Below, one piece after another: positions 37,134 to 46,785 of a stretch of 64,000 nt of DNA (position 1 is its first letter; each line of letters starts with the position of its first letter). Source of the DNA: a phage; assembly GCA_020241125.1 (NCBI GenBank), contig GCA_020241125.1_4708.1; one strand, written 5' to 3'. The notes beneath the pieces were generated by a model, which worked only from the letters and a program-made list of their open reading frames with translations, ran no database searches and was not told where the DNA came from. The position numbers were made by a program, and so were the translations under genes.

Positions 37134-40100
37134 TTACTTTTTGAGCGCTTTAAGTTCTTCTTCCATCGCTTCCACTTTTGCCGTAAGCTTCTGTACTTGT
37201 TTGATTAATGGAACCACCAAACGTTCGTACATAACACCTTCGGCGACGAGTCCGTTAGAAGAAACGATAGCGGGGTCATCTTCTTCGGTTGCATCACGCC
37301 AATGCACGTATTGTGGTGCGATCTCACCAACCTCTTCGGCAATCAACCCATACCAACCCCAATCCTTGTTGTCGGCTTCGCAGGTAGAACGATACCAGAC
37401 AGGACGCATCTCCAATACTTTATCCGCTTGTTCATCCGTGATATTCTCGATATCTTTCTTATAGCGCCGCGACGACGTTGAACGAAACACATTGTTGATC
37501 CCAGCAGTAGGACTGATATACATATTAGCCCCGCTGGTTGTAGTGCTAATGTCCCATACCGCAAATCCGCCGTTACTCCCATTTCTCACGACCAACGTAT
37601 TGGCAATAATATCCAGGTTATTGTTGTAACCGGTTAACTGGTTTTCGGTGACAAAATCGGATAAGTTAACGGAGTAGTTCTTGCTGTTATAACAACGACG
37701 CCATCCTGGGCTGTTGGTGCTGCCATTATAGTTGTCGTAGCTATAAATGAACTCGGAGTTGGTTTTCGCACCACTGACGGAAGACGTGGTTGCGGTGGTA
37801 ACACGGATAGTGTAGTTCGTCATCCCGAAGCTAACGACCTCGATAACCGCACCAGCCAGAGGAATAATACCACATTTGGTTTCACTGTCTGGGATGTATG
37901 CGCTATCGGCAGCAGCGAAGGAGCAACGTGCGACCCAGGCACGGGTATTGAATGCACCTTGGTTCTGTAATAACGTAATAAACGATGAGGTCGTAATCGA
38001 GCTGTTATTATCACCTGTGATCAACCAGCCGGTTGGACATGCGGTAGCACCAACGTTTTTCGCTGTTAGCGTGATGTTCTTCGATCCGTCGAAGGCTACG
38101 CCGCTGATGGTACGTGCAGTCTGTAGCTTCGTCGCCGTTGCCGCGTTCCCTGATGTGTTCTGGTTGCCTGTTGTATTCACACCCGGGATACTATCCTTAG
38201 ATGTGTAGATCTGTGCCCATTCCGACCATTTCGCATCGGTTGAATCACGACGTGAACGTAGGTAAGCTGGAGCGTGTGCACCCGAGGTACCTGACCATCC
38301 AATGAGGATTTCACCTTCGCCGACCGATGAAGCGCCTTTAAGATGAACAACGTTACCGTAGGCTGTAGGGTATCCGTTATTGTACGCTTCATACATCTGG
38401 ATACCCGTATTGCTGCCCTGGGTCGCATTAGCTAAAGCGGTAACCCGTCCCTTGGAAGCGAGCACGTTAATGCTAAAGCTAATATCGGTTGTACCGTCAA
38501 AGGCGACCCCATTAATCCTCCGCGCTGTTTGGAGTTTCGTGGCAGTAGCCGCATTACCAGAGGTACTCTGATTGCCTGCTTTGTTCACACCTGGTAAATC
38601 AATGTTGGCGGTTCCATCAAAGGACACGCCCCCTATGGTTCTCGCCGTCTGAAGTTTTGTTGCTGAACCAGCGTTTCCGGAAGTGCTTTGATTACCCGTC
38701 GCGTTGACACCTGGTAGGTTAATGCTAGCAGAACCATCAAAAGAAACTCCACCGATCGTAATAGCTGTTCGCAACTTCGTGGCTGTCGCAGCGTTACCCG
38801 TCGTATTCTGATTACCAGCTGCATTGACGCCAGGTAATGCGATATCAGCTGTGCCATCGAACGCGACACCTCCGATTTTACGGGCGGTTTGTAGCTTGGT
38901 TGCTGTAGCAGCATTACCGCTGGTATTTTGCGTACCGGCTTTATTTACACCAGGAAGATCGATGTTAGCAGAACCATCGAAGCTGACGCCACCTATCGTT
39001 CTTGCAGTAGCAAGTTTAGCGGCTGTAGCAGCGACGTTACCGACTTTTAACCATTCTCCCCATGGACCATCCACACCGTTCCATGATGCCGTTAAACTGC
39101 GCACGTATATGTTTCCTGTACGTACTGTGTAACGTTGTGTTCCACCGAATTGACCGGCTGGGAGCACTTCGATGTAACCTACAGCATTTGCTTCAGGGAA
39201 ATTGTGGGCAGCATCGGCATTCGTTGATGTTTGTTTGGACCAAATACCCACAGACGCTTCAACCGGACCGTAGGTATCCAGATTTGCATCGGTGGGGAGC
39301 TGTCCTCGAAAACGTCGGAATAATGAAGCCGATAACCCCAACGTTGTTTGCATCCCTTCAATGCTTGACTGCGATAGAAGCGCCCGAGCTGTCGACGTGA
39401 TGGCCGCTAAAGCAACCTTATCCGTACCGGTAAAAAACGGGAATTTGTTTGCTGATGTTGCTAAACCTGAAAGGGCGGTCAGTAATGCGTTAAGGGGTTG
39501 TTTCCCGGCTAGCGCGTTAGTCACAGTCGTTGCAAAGTTTGGATCATTACCTAACGCTTGAGCTAACTCGTTAAGCGTATTTAGCGCTTCTGGAGACGAG
39601 TCGATCAGCGACGCGATAGCACGCATCACAAATTCCGTGTTGGCGATCTGTTGACTGCTATCGTTCTCTGCAGCCGTAGGTGCTGCTGGGATACCGGTGA
39701 ACACAGGGTTATTAAGATCCGCCTTAAGGGCGATGAGACGTCTAAGTGCTTCAACATCGACTTTCAGGTTTTCCCATCCGACGAGATAACCATCACCGGT
39801 TGTGTGATAACGGTTGTACCAAAAATCGCCATTAACGCCAAAATAAAATATTCCCTTCTCTTCGTATTGTGGGCCAGAACTGTTCCGTGATGAGCTAATG
39901 TATTTTATTTCGATAAGGCCGTTGAATACCACTCCTGGGATAATTTTGTCGTTTCCAGACGATTGCGATACCTGGTAAGCCCCCGGTGTTGTGGCTCTAA
40001 CCCAAGTCAAGAATTCTGATGTTCCAGCGTTACCGCTAAAACGCTTGACGTCGGTAAGTATCGCACCAAAACCGAACATACCGGGTAAAGCAACTCGCCC

Positions 40101-40691
40101 ATCGGTACGGTCACGAATATCTGTTGCAACAACAGGCAACTGCTTACGAACATCATTAACTGCTTTAGGTGTCGCTGATTTTGTCTCATCGTCGCTATCG
40201 ATATCACTGCTCAGGATGGTCAGTCCTCGAGTATCTGTGGTTGCATCAGGAAGAAACGCGTTATCTAACACCTTAAGCTGTATCGCATCCGTGTTATTAA
40301 CAACAACATACACTTGACAGTTAAGAACGCTGGTTGCGCCTTCGGTAGGCACAGGCTTGTATCTTTCTGGTGCACTGCATACGGCGACCAGAACACCTTG
40401 ATTGTCATACAGACCGATCTCACGTACCCAGAACCCACCTTGACTGGCAGGAATAATACCCTCAACAATAATCCTGGTTGTGTCGTCAACATCAATACGG
40501 ATGTTGGAAACTTCCCCACGATAAACTTCGTGTACAAGTGCTGTTTGGCTAGCATCGGGGGTTGGTGTAGAACCGTTGCCATCACCAACGGCAAAATGCG
40601 TAATTCTTAGTTTCTCACCGTCAGGAAGTAATGCTGCGGTGATACGTTCAGCGCCTTTATCGGTAATGACCGTTTTATAAGTTGTACTCAT
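37134..40691 (-). CDS. Long tail fibre protein with C-terminal intramolecular chaperone (peptidase S74-like) domain
   Basis: 1185 aa; N-terminal region resembles phage tail-fibre N-termini (P2 gpH-like; LIDSSPEALNTLNELAQALGNDPNFATTVTNALAGKQP); about 6 tandem ~38-aa repeats (GGVSFDGSANIDLPGVN...ATATKLQTAR); C-terminus SSRRYKKDIENI...WYGLIAEEVGEIAPQYV...LVVPLIKQVQKL matches S74 chaperone domain pattern. Confidence 0.75.
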   Translation of the reverse strand: MSTTYKTVITDKGAERITAALLPDGEKLRITHFAVGDGNGSTPTPDASQTALVHEVYRGEVSNIRIDVDDTTRIIVEGIIPASQGGFWVREIGLYDNQGVLVAVCSAPERYKPVPTEGATSVLNCQVYVVVNNTDAIQLKVLDNAFLPDATTDTRGLTILSSDIDSDDETKSATPKAVNDVRKQLPVVATDIRDRTDGRVALPGMFGFGAILTDVKRFSGNAGTSEFLTWVRATTPGAYQVSQSSGNDKIIPGVVFNGLIEIKYISSSRNSSGPQYEEKGIFYFGVNGDFWYNRYHTTGDGYLVGWENLKVDVEALRRLIALKADLNNPVFTGIPAAPTAAENDSSQQIANTEFVMRAIASLIDSSPEALNTLNELAQALGNDPNFATTVTNALAGKQPLNALLTALSGLATSANKFPFFTGTDKVALAAITSTARALLSQSSIEGMQTTLGLSASLFRRFRGQLPTDANLDTYGPVEASVGIWSKQTSTNADAAHNFPEANAVGYIEVLPAGQFGGTQRYTVRTGNIYVRSLTASWNGVDGPWGEWLKVGNVAATAAKLATARTIGGVSFDGSANIDLPGVNKAGTQNTSGNAATATKLQTARKIGGVAFDGTADIALPGVNAAGNQNTTGNAATATKLRTAITIGGVSFDGSASINLPGVNATGNQSTSGNAGSATKLQTARTIGGVSFDGTANIDLPGVNKAGNQSTSGNAATATKLQTARRINGVAFDGTTDISFSINVLASKGRVTALANATQGSNTGIQMYEAYNNGYPTAYGNVVHLKGASSVGEGEILIGWSGTSGAHAPAYLRSRRDSTDAKWSEWAQIYTSKDSIPGVNTTGNQNTSGNAATATKLQTARTISGVAFDGSKNITLTAKNVGATACPTGWLITGDNNSSITTSSFITLLQNQGAFNTRAWVARCSFAAADSAYIPDSETKCGIIPLAGAVIEVVSFGMTNYTIRVTTATTSSVSGAKTNSEFIYSYDNYNGSTNSPGWRRCYNSKNYSVNLSDFVTENQLTGYNNNLDIIANTLVVRNGSNGGFAVWDISTTTSGANMYISPTAGINNVFRSTSSRRYKKDIENITDEQADKVLEMRPVWYRSTCEADNKDWGWYGLIAEEVGEIAPQYVHWRDATEEDDPAIVSSNGLVAEGVMYERLVVPLIKQVQKLTAKVEAMEEELKALKK
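38080..39060 (-). repeat. Intragenic tandem coding repeats (~114 bp units) within the tail fibre gene
   Basis: Repeated peptide unit visible in translation; DNA units diverged but periodic. Confidence 0.6.
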
Positions 40692-40697
40692 GGCGTT

Positions 40698-41225
40698 TTA
40701 TCCCGGGTAAATAGTGATGACATCACCGATGACAGTTGCCGCACCGGCGCAAAGATACGCTGGTGATGTATCACGCTGGTTTGTCACGATAAGATCCAAT
40801 TGCCCACGCCAAACCATGGAGGTATTCGCGATGGGAATCGAGATCTTCTTGGAAGTATCGTCACGAAAATTAATGGCGGTAGCAAGGGTAGCTGAATCAA
40901 AATCAACGTCGGGTTCAAAGTTGAAACCGTATTGATCCGAAATAGCTTGAATAACCGCTCTTATGGTTGTTGTTTCAACCGACTCCAAAACGATTTTTAT
41001 CGGTATTCCTAGAAATGCTTTCGCTATATCACGCCGTGTGTAAGTGATAAAACTTTCACCACACCACCTTGTTCCTTCATTTGCTGTGACGATCACTTTT
41101 GCCCTGTTAACACCAGAACTCCCATCCAGGGTTAAAGTGAGATCGGAGTTGCTGAATACACTACTGTTACGTTGGTTTATCAACGTAATAAGTTCGTCTT
41201 TCCATGGTGGGTAAAGTGAACGCAT
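40698..41225 (-). CDS. Short protein carrying only the shared receptor-binding-protein N-terminal anchor domain
   Basis: Start set at ATG 41225 (MRSLYPPWKDE) preceded by GGAGGAGGG; ORF-track start at 41408 would run through the upstream hairpin; product shares RRDIAKAFLGIPIKI...YGFNFEPDVDF with other RBP N-termini. Confidence 0.5.
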   Translation of the reverse strand: MRSLYPPWKDELITLINQRNSSVFSNSDLTLTLDGSSGVNRAKVIVTANEGTRWCGESFITYTRRDIAKAFLGIPIKIVLESVETTTIRAVIQAISDQYGFNFEPDVDFDSATLATAINFRDDTSKKISIPIANTSMVWRGQLDLIVTNQRDTSPAYLCAGAATVIGDVITIYPG

Positions 41226-41338
41226 AAGCGCACCCTCCTCCAACAATCGAATTAATATGCAAAAACGCCTCGAAACAGGAGTGCGATTCGAGGCTAACGT
41301 AAACAGTCTTAACGACCGCATAAAATTCCGCGCATATT

Positions 41339-41371
41339 GCCCCTCTATCCCGACAAAGCGAGATAGAGGGG
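41339..41371 (-). terminator. Palindromic hairpin (member 10)
   Basis: CATATTG-CCCCTCTATC-ccgacaaagcga-GATAGAGGGG. Confidence 0.5.
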
Positions 41372-41383
41372 AGGATAATACGA

Positions 41384-43153
41384 TTATGCTGCTACATATC
41401 CAGGCCAACGTTCTCTTGGCCAGTTTGTTGCGCCCTGTCCAACGTTGTCCTTACCAGAAATTACATTACTTACGTCCCAACCACTAAGATCCTGGTTAAA
41501 TGCGGTGTTGTTACGCATCATGAGGTCGATATTACGTAATGATTGGGTATTCCAGCCGGAAATGTCTTGGTTGAATGCCGTGTTGTAAGCAAACATGTTA
41601 ACAACGTTTTGTAATTTTGAAGTGTTCCAGCCGCTAATATCGCCATTGAACTGCATGCTCGAGAACATACTGCTAGCATCGATAAGACTATCTGTTTTCC
41701 AGTTAACCAGCTTGTTTTCATCAAGTGCGTTGCAACTACTGAACATGTAACTCATGTTGTTAACTTTGGATACATCCCATTTATCTAACCCGTTACCAAC
41801 GAACTCGTAACAAGCTTGGAACATCCAGCTCATGTCGGTAACCTGGCTCACATTCCATTTGCTAAAGTCGAGGTTGAGTTTTGCGCATCCGGAGAAAGTT
41901 TTATACATACTGGTGATACGACTAACATCCCATTCTTGAATGTTAGGATCATTAAGTATAGATAAGAATTGGAACAATCCGTCTAACGACGTCCATTTCT
42001 CTGGAATACGGTTTGGTACTGTACGGAGCGATGAAAGGTTATTGGTTGACGGAGAGCGGAACATACCGTTATCCCAATTTACGATTTCCGTAATGTTGTA
42101 CCCACGGATCGTTTGGCGTCCATTACCATTATACACAGACCCTGTTGCAGTTATTGTATATTCGTTTGTATCAGCATACGTATGTTCAGCCTGTGTAGGC
42201 CACTCACCTATTACATCCCTATTCCCATCACCCCAATCGATGGAAATATTTGTCCAACCATCAAGATCTAGGGTAACGGTCCCGCCATTGGTCTTCAGGA
42301 TGTATTTACCTGCATTGTCGGTATAATAACAAACGATCATCGCACCGTATAGGTTACCAATTTGCCAATCATCCTTTTCTGTTACCGCTATTTGCGCTGT
42401 ACCACGTTGTAAGAAAAGCACCGTACGGTTGTCGTCAGTCTGTAACGCGGTTAATGCTTGAGCTTTGTCGTCGCCGGTAATTTCACCAGCTTCCACTAAA
42501 GCATTTAACATTCTTTCAAAGTATTCGATGGGTAATTGGTGTCCTACAGACATGTCAACTGATGGAAGAATGAGATCATCTAATGCTGCGGCAGTTGCAA
42601 GGACTAATGATCCCTTGGTGGGGTCTGTTTCTTGGAGGTAACGTAGTCCCGTAATCTGGTATGCTTGAATGATTGTAATCAGATCCAGCGTATCGTTAAT
42701 GACCTGTATCTGTAAATGCCCAGACCAAACATAGCTGCTTTCAGCAATTGGTAATTCGACCGCCTGAATACCTGACGTTTCAAAGCTGATCTTTTTATTA
42801 AGATCGGTTTCCAGGAAATCAACCGCGAGATCGAAATTTATACCGTACTTTTCAGCGATGGAATCTACGATGTTTCTGAAAGCAACATCGGTACTTACGA
42901 TAAAACGTAACGGGATTCCTGCAAATGCATTAGAGATATCTCGACGAACATATGTGAGTGACTGCTCGAAGAAATACGGGCTGTTATCTCCAGGCTTGAT
43001 GGTTATCTGGCACACCTCAGGGTGTTCAGCTGGGATGAACGATTCGAATTTAACATCGGATTCTTTCAACGAAAGCTTGTTCTTCCGGTTTACCAACGCC
43101 AGAAGATCGGCTTTCCATCCAGGATAAACTGTAGACATAAGCACTCCAATCAT
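41384..43153 (-). CDS. Receptor-binding protein with DUF285/BspA-like repeats and shared N-terminal anchor
   Basis: 589 aa (start possibly at internal Met MSTVYPGW); N-terminal anchor homologous to other RBPs; C-terminal repeated units FxxxxAFNQDISGWNTxxLxNxxxMF typical of DUF285/BspA-type repeats. Confidence 0.6.
   Translation of the reverse strand: MIGVLMSTVYPGWKADLLALVNRKNKLSLKESDVKFESFIPAEHPEVCQITIKPGDNSPYFFEQSLTYVRRDISNAFAGIPLRFIVSTDVAFRNIVDSIAEKYGINFDLAVDFLETDLNKKISFETSGIQAVELPIAESSYVWSGHLQIQVINDTLDLITIIQAYQITGLRYLQETDPTKGSLVLATAAALDDLILPSVDMSVGHQLPIEYFERMLNALVEAGEITGDDKAQALTALQTDDNRTVLFLQRGTAQIAVTEKDDWQIGNLYGAMIVCYYTDNAGKYILKTNGGTVTLDLDGWTNISIDWGDGNRDVIGEWPTQAEHTYADTNEYTITATGSVYNGNGRQTIRGYNITEIVNWDNGMFRSPSTNNLSSLRTVPNRIPEKWTSLDGLFQFLSILNDPNIQEWDVSRITSMYKTFSGCAKLNLDFSKWNVSQVTDMSWMFQACYEFVGNGLDKWDVSKVNNMSYMFSSCNALDENKLVNWKTDSLIDASSMFSSMQFNGDISGWNTSKLQNVVNMFAYNTAFNQDISGWNTQSLRNIDLMMRNNTAFNQDLSGWDVSNVISGKDNVGQGATNWPRERWPGYVAA
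41416..41956 (-). repeat. DUF285/BspA-like coding repeats (~69 bp period)
   Basis: Repeated SGWN(T/V)S...N...MF units in translation; periodic DNA similarity. Confidence 0.5.
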
Positions 43154-43175
43154 GGGGCGGTAACCGCCCCATCGG

Positions 43176-46100
43176 TTAAATTGTTGGTTTCACGTCGCGT
43201 AATAGGGCAATATAATAGCCTAATCCTCGGAGGATCTCCCCACTCCAGAAACCAAAATACATTCCGTCTCTGCCGAGATTAGTACTATCTGGCGCAGGAC
43301 TCCACCCACCATTCATTACATCGTCAACGGTGTAACGGTTGATGTAGTTCTCAACAATCTCGTTATAAACGTTAACAGCAACAGGATAGCCTTTATCGTT
43401 GGGATGTCCGTACAACATCGCTAACGACGCGCCCGCCAACCATAATCCTGCCATGTGACCAGTAAAGTCATTAGGGATAAAAGCTGGAGGTTTATCCATC
43501 GGAAAATCCGTAGGAGATTGATAAGCGTTTTCCTGTTGATACGTGAACAAGAAATCAATCCAATGACTGATGTAAGTGGTTAACTTCTCGGGGACAGCTA
43601 AACCATGATCGAGCAGTCCAGCATAAAGCCTCACCGCTGAGAAGAAAGCCCTCGGCTGATAACCAGACCATGCTGTCTGATCGCCGAAGTGGTACATCGT
43701 AAAATCGTTGACTTTCGATCCGCTTGGCGCATCCCAACGATCCCACACGTACGCACTTGCACCCGGCCCTAAAACACCGAATTTCTGATGATACCACTGT
43801 TGTGAGTCATACCAGAAATTCACAACATTCTGGATCATGAGGTCACGTCGTTCAGCCGTTACATCCATATCCAGGAAGACCCATGGATGCTGGTAGCCAG
43901 GATAAGGCTGACCACGCCAACTGTCGAACGTCGGTGCGTTAGGGATATAGTTGTTTGAGAACGGAATAATACCTGGAGTATAAGGCAATGGATCTAGACG
44001 CTGGTTAACAATCGTGCAGTCACCAACACGTAACGTACCCTCCGCCTCAAAGGTTGCTTTTAACGTAAACAACATGGTATATCCGTCATCCGTGGCGTAA
44101 GTTGATGGTGGATTGTTGATAGCGTAGAGCTTAAATACCCCTTCAGCGATATCGCCGTCATCAGGCAAGAACAGAATTTCAGTTGAACCATCGCCCCACA
44201 CAGGTGCGGAAGGTTTAGGGTCAGTGCCAGCATGGTTAGGTTGATACCCTGAGAGCGTCCACCCATTCGCCGAAAGTGTCAATGTATTTCTTGCTGTGGT
44301 GGCTGGTAACATCTGCCACCATCGCCAACCATTTGCATCTTCTACACGAACGTTGTAGTCAATCGACGCGAAATAACTGACCTGCCTTACGATCTGTTTT
44401 GCGGTTGGATTGAATTCAAATTGTCCGCCTGCCGCAGTAAGCTGCGCTTTTAAGAACAACCCATCCCAGGAATCTTCCACTGCTTCGCTGAATTCTGTTG
44501 TGATGGCGACATCATCTTTCCAGCCGACTTTATCGGCCGATATCAACACAGAACCTGTAACAGCATCACCGGTTGACGCTGAAGCTTCATCAACCGCATC
44601 AGCAGGAATCAACGAGCCTATTTTGAAATCCCATTCTTTCGGTTCAGCGCTGGAAGGTAATACCAGCTTGTACGTTTTGGCTTTCGCTTCGGTTTTGTCC
44701 AAAGAAAGCGATAATGAGATCTCAACTGGAATTGCAACGCCTGCTGTATCTTTACCTCCGCAGGTTACACGAAGAATTGAATCACGATTGACGCGGAACG
44801 GAATGGCCTGCTGTTCAAGGTAAATTTGTGCTGAAGATGCTTGAATCACGATCCAACCATCGGTATCACGTGTGATTGTGAACGGCGCTTTCGACGGGTA
44901 TGTATACGTGTAAGCGATACCGTCGGTGTCGTAACGATCGGTTCCTTTTACTTGACGGAAGAACTTATCGTTAGCGTCAATACGGGTATATTCTTCAATC
45001 GTAAACAAAGACGCCTTGTACGCTTTCTGATAACGCTCCTGCTGCGTTAAACGGTATAAGGTGTAGGCTGCTTCACAAAACCACTGTTCAGCGTCTGACG
45101 CGTTTCCCATGTAGTCTCTGGTGACCGGCACCTGGATCGGTCGGTTATGCTGACACTCGTTCGTTTTGATAAGGTATCCGCCATATTCAACAGGAACACG
45201 CGGTGCCCATGCAACCAAGTAAGAACCGCTGACGGATTTATTTTTGAGTACGATAGTACCTACTTCATCGTCAGTACACGCTTCAAGATCGTCCCCGTCA
45301 GCACTTACGTAACGTTTTGTGCGTAACGCAACTTTCTCGATAGGGAACACCGTACCCTTTGTATCCCAGTCAATCGTCCCATCATCATTGGTTTTGAACA
45401 CATCGGCGTTCAAATTCTGCCAGCCGAGTTTACCTTCATAGACCTGAACAACAAGATCCATGTATTCCCCGAACGTTGGTGCCCCATGTGTTATTTTCCC
45501 GATACCGTTGGTGAATGTAACCGCTGTGTCATGGAAACCCCCGTGTGTTGGGTAATCGTCTTTTGCAAGAGGATAATGAGCCAACACCGGTTGCTTACCA
45601 TTAACGATCCAGTTAGCGATCCAGCGTGTCGGTGTATCCGGTGGTTCAAGGCCTGCGTAGAACGCTTTTATATACGCATCGAACGATGCCTCTGCTAATG
45701 TGAGATAATGCGCTTTAAGCTTGGTGTTGTCCGTTGTATGACTGAATATACCCGCACCCAGAATTAACAACGACTGTCCTTCTGTTGTTGCGTCACCATC
45801 CGGTTGTGCTTCTTGTCGTGTTGCTGCAATGAAATGACGGTTGTTTACCATGACCCCGCTTTCATTTAACACGTAATGATCGGTTTCTGGGTCGGTAAAC
45901 GTTCCTGTGTTTCGGGTTAAGAATCTTGCATGGCCATAACCAACGAAATTAACCGGCGACGCTGTAATCATCCATTTACCGATAAGTTGAGCAACATCAT
46001 TATAACGCTCGGATGCGGTGATTTGTTTCACGTACCAGTCTTTATGGTTAAATGTCCAAAGCAGGAAGTAATAAGTTGTATCGATTTCCATCACTGGGAA

Positions 46101-46772
46101 CGTCGGCGTTAACGGCTCCAGCGTTAAGTAGTTGCTCCAGTCAATCTGTCCGCCAACCACCGATGGGGTAATCTCTAATAACTGACACCATTCATAACGG
46201 TCCGGTACACTACTGGACGTTGTTGGTAAAGGTAACTTGTATACGCCAGTACGATTCAGATCGAACGCTTTTCTAGCCGATCCTAAATCAACATAAATAC
46301 TCGATGATGCGCTTGCACTATATGCCCCCAAAGCACCTAGCGTTGACCGATACATTGAGATGAACAACGTATCTTTCCAGTAAGGGTTATCCTTGGTTGG
46401 TTCTAAAGCGATTTGTGCGGAGATGCTGTTCCATGTCCCTAACTGGTATGTCGCATTTAAAGATTCTTCTGTGAAATAACTTTCTGCAATCGTCAGATGG
46501 AACTGCTCGTTCAATAACGCGAGTGCGGCGCGGCCAGTAACATCCTCGTTACCGGTTTCTTTTTTCACGATCGCGCCGAACGGAAACAGTGTCGCGAATG
46601 ACCGTTTTGGTTTATTAACCGTAACCGTCCCTGTGTAATTTCCAACACCGTCAAGTTTTTGACTATCGCCAACAGCAGTGACTGCGATACCATCAGCCGG
46701 GATATTTGTTTTATTTAGTACATTGAGTTGGTCAACCAGATCCTGCTTATCGTCAGGTAAGAATGTCGCCAT
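43176..46772 (-). CDS. Hypothetical very large protein (1198 aa), probable tail/baseplate-associated protein
   Basis: Long ORF embedded in the tail-fibre cluster; no recognisable motif; lacks the shared N-terminal anchor. Confidence 0.5.
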   Translation of the reverse strand: MATFLPDDKQDLVDQLNVLNKTNIPADGIAVTAVGDSQKLDGVGNYTGTVTVNKPKRSFATLFPFGAIVKKETGNEDVTGRAALALLNEQFHLTIAESYFTEESLNATYQLGTWNSISAQIALEPTKDNPYWKDTLFISMYRSTLGALGAYSASASSSIYVDLGSARKAFDLNRTGVYKLPLPTTSSSVPDRYEWCQLLEITPSVVGGQIDWSNYLTLEPLTPTFPVMEIDTTYYFLLWTFNHKDWYVKQITASERYNDVAQLIGKWMITASPVNFVGYGHARFLTRNTGTFTDPETDHYVLNESGVMVNNRHFIAATRQEAQPDGDATTEGQSLLILGAGIFSHTTDNTKLKAHYLTLAEASFDAYIKAFYAGLEPPDTPTRWIANWIVNGKQPVLAHYPLAKDDYPTHGGFHDTAVTFTNGIGKITHGAPTFGEYMDLVVQVYEGKLGWQNLNADVFKTNDDGTIDWDTKGTVFPIEKVALRTKRYVSADGDDLEACTDDEVGTIVLKNKSVSGSYLVAWAPRVPVEYGGYLIKTNECQHNRPIQVPVTRDYMGNASDAEQWFCEAAYTLYRLTQQERYQKAYKASLFTIEEYTRIDANDKFFRQVKGTDRYDTDGIAYTYTYPSKAPFTITRDTDGWIVIQASSAQIYLEQQAIPFRVNRDSILRVTCGGKDTAGVAIPVEISLSLSLDKTEAKAKTYKLVLPSSAEPKEWDFKIGSLIPADAVDEASASTGDAVTGSVLISADKVGWKDDVAITTEFSEAVEDSWDGLFLKAQLTAAGGQFEFNPTAKQIVRQVSYFASIDYNVRVEDANGWRWWQMLPATTARNTLTLSANGWTLSGYQPNHAGTDPKPSAPVWGDGSTEILFLPDDGDIAEGVFKLYAINNPPSTYATDDGYTMLFTLKATFEAEGTLRVGDCTIVNQRLDPLPYTPGIIPFSNNYIPNAPTFDSWRGQPYPGYQHPWVFLDMDVTAERRDLMIQNVVNFWYDSQQWYHQKFGVLGPGASAYVWDRWDAPSGSKVNDFTMYHFGDQTAWSGYQPRAFFSAVRLYAGLLDHGLAVPEKLTTYISHWIDFLFTYQQENAYQSPTDFPMDKPPAFIPNDFTGHMAGLWLAGASLAMLYGHPNDKGYPVAVNVYNEIVENYINRYTVDDVMNGGWSPAPDSTNLGRDGMYFGFWSGEILRGLGYYIALLRDVKPTI

Positions 46773-46785
46773 TATTTACTCCACC

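Noticed and set aside
38080-39060. Possible CRISPR-like tandem repeats
   Set aside because: The periodicity is in-frame coding repetition within the tail fibre gene (conserved peptide units, diverged DNA), with no short identical direct repeats separated by unique spacers
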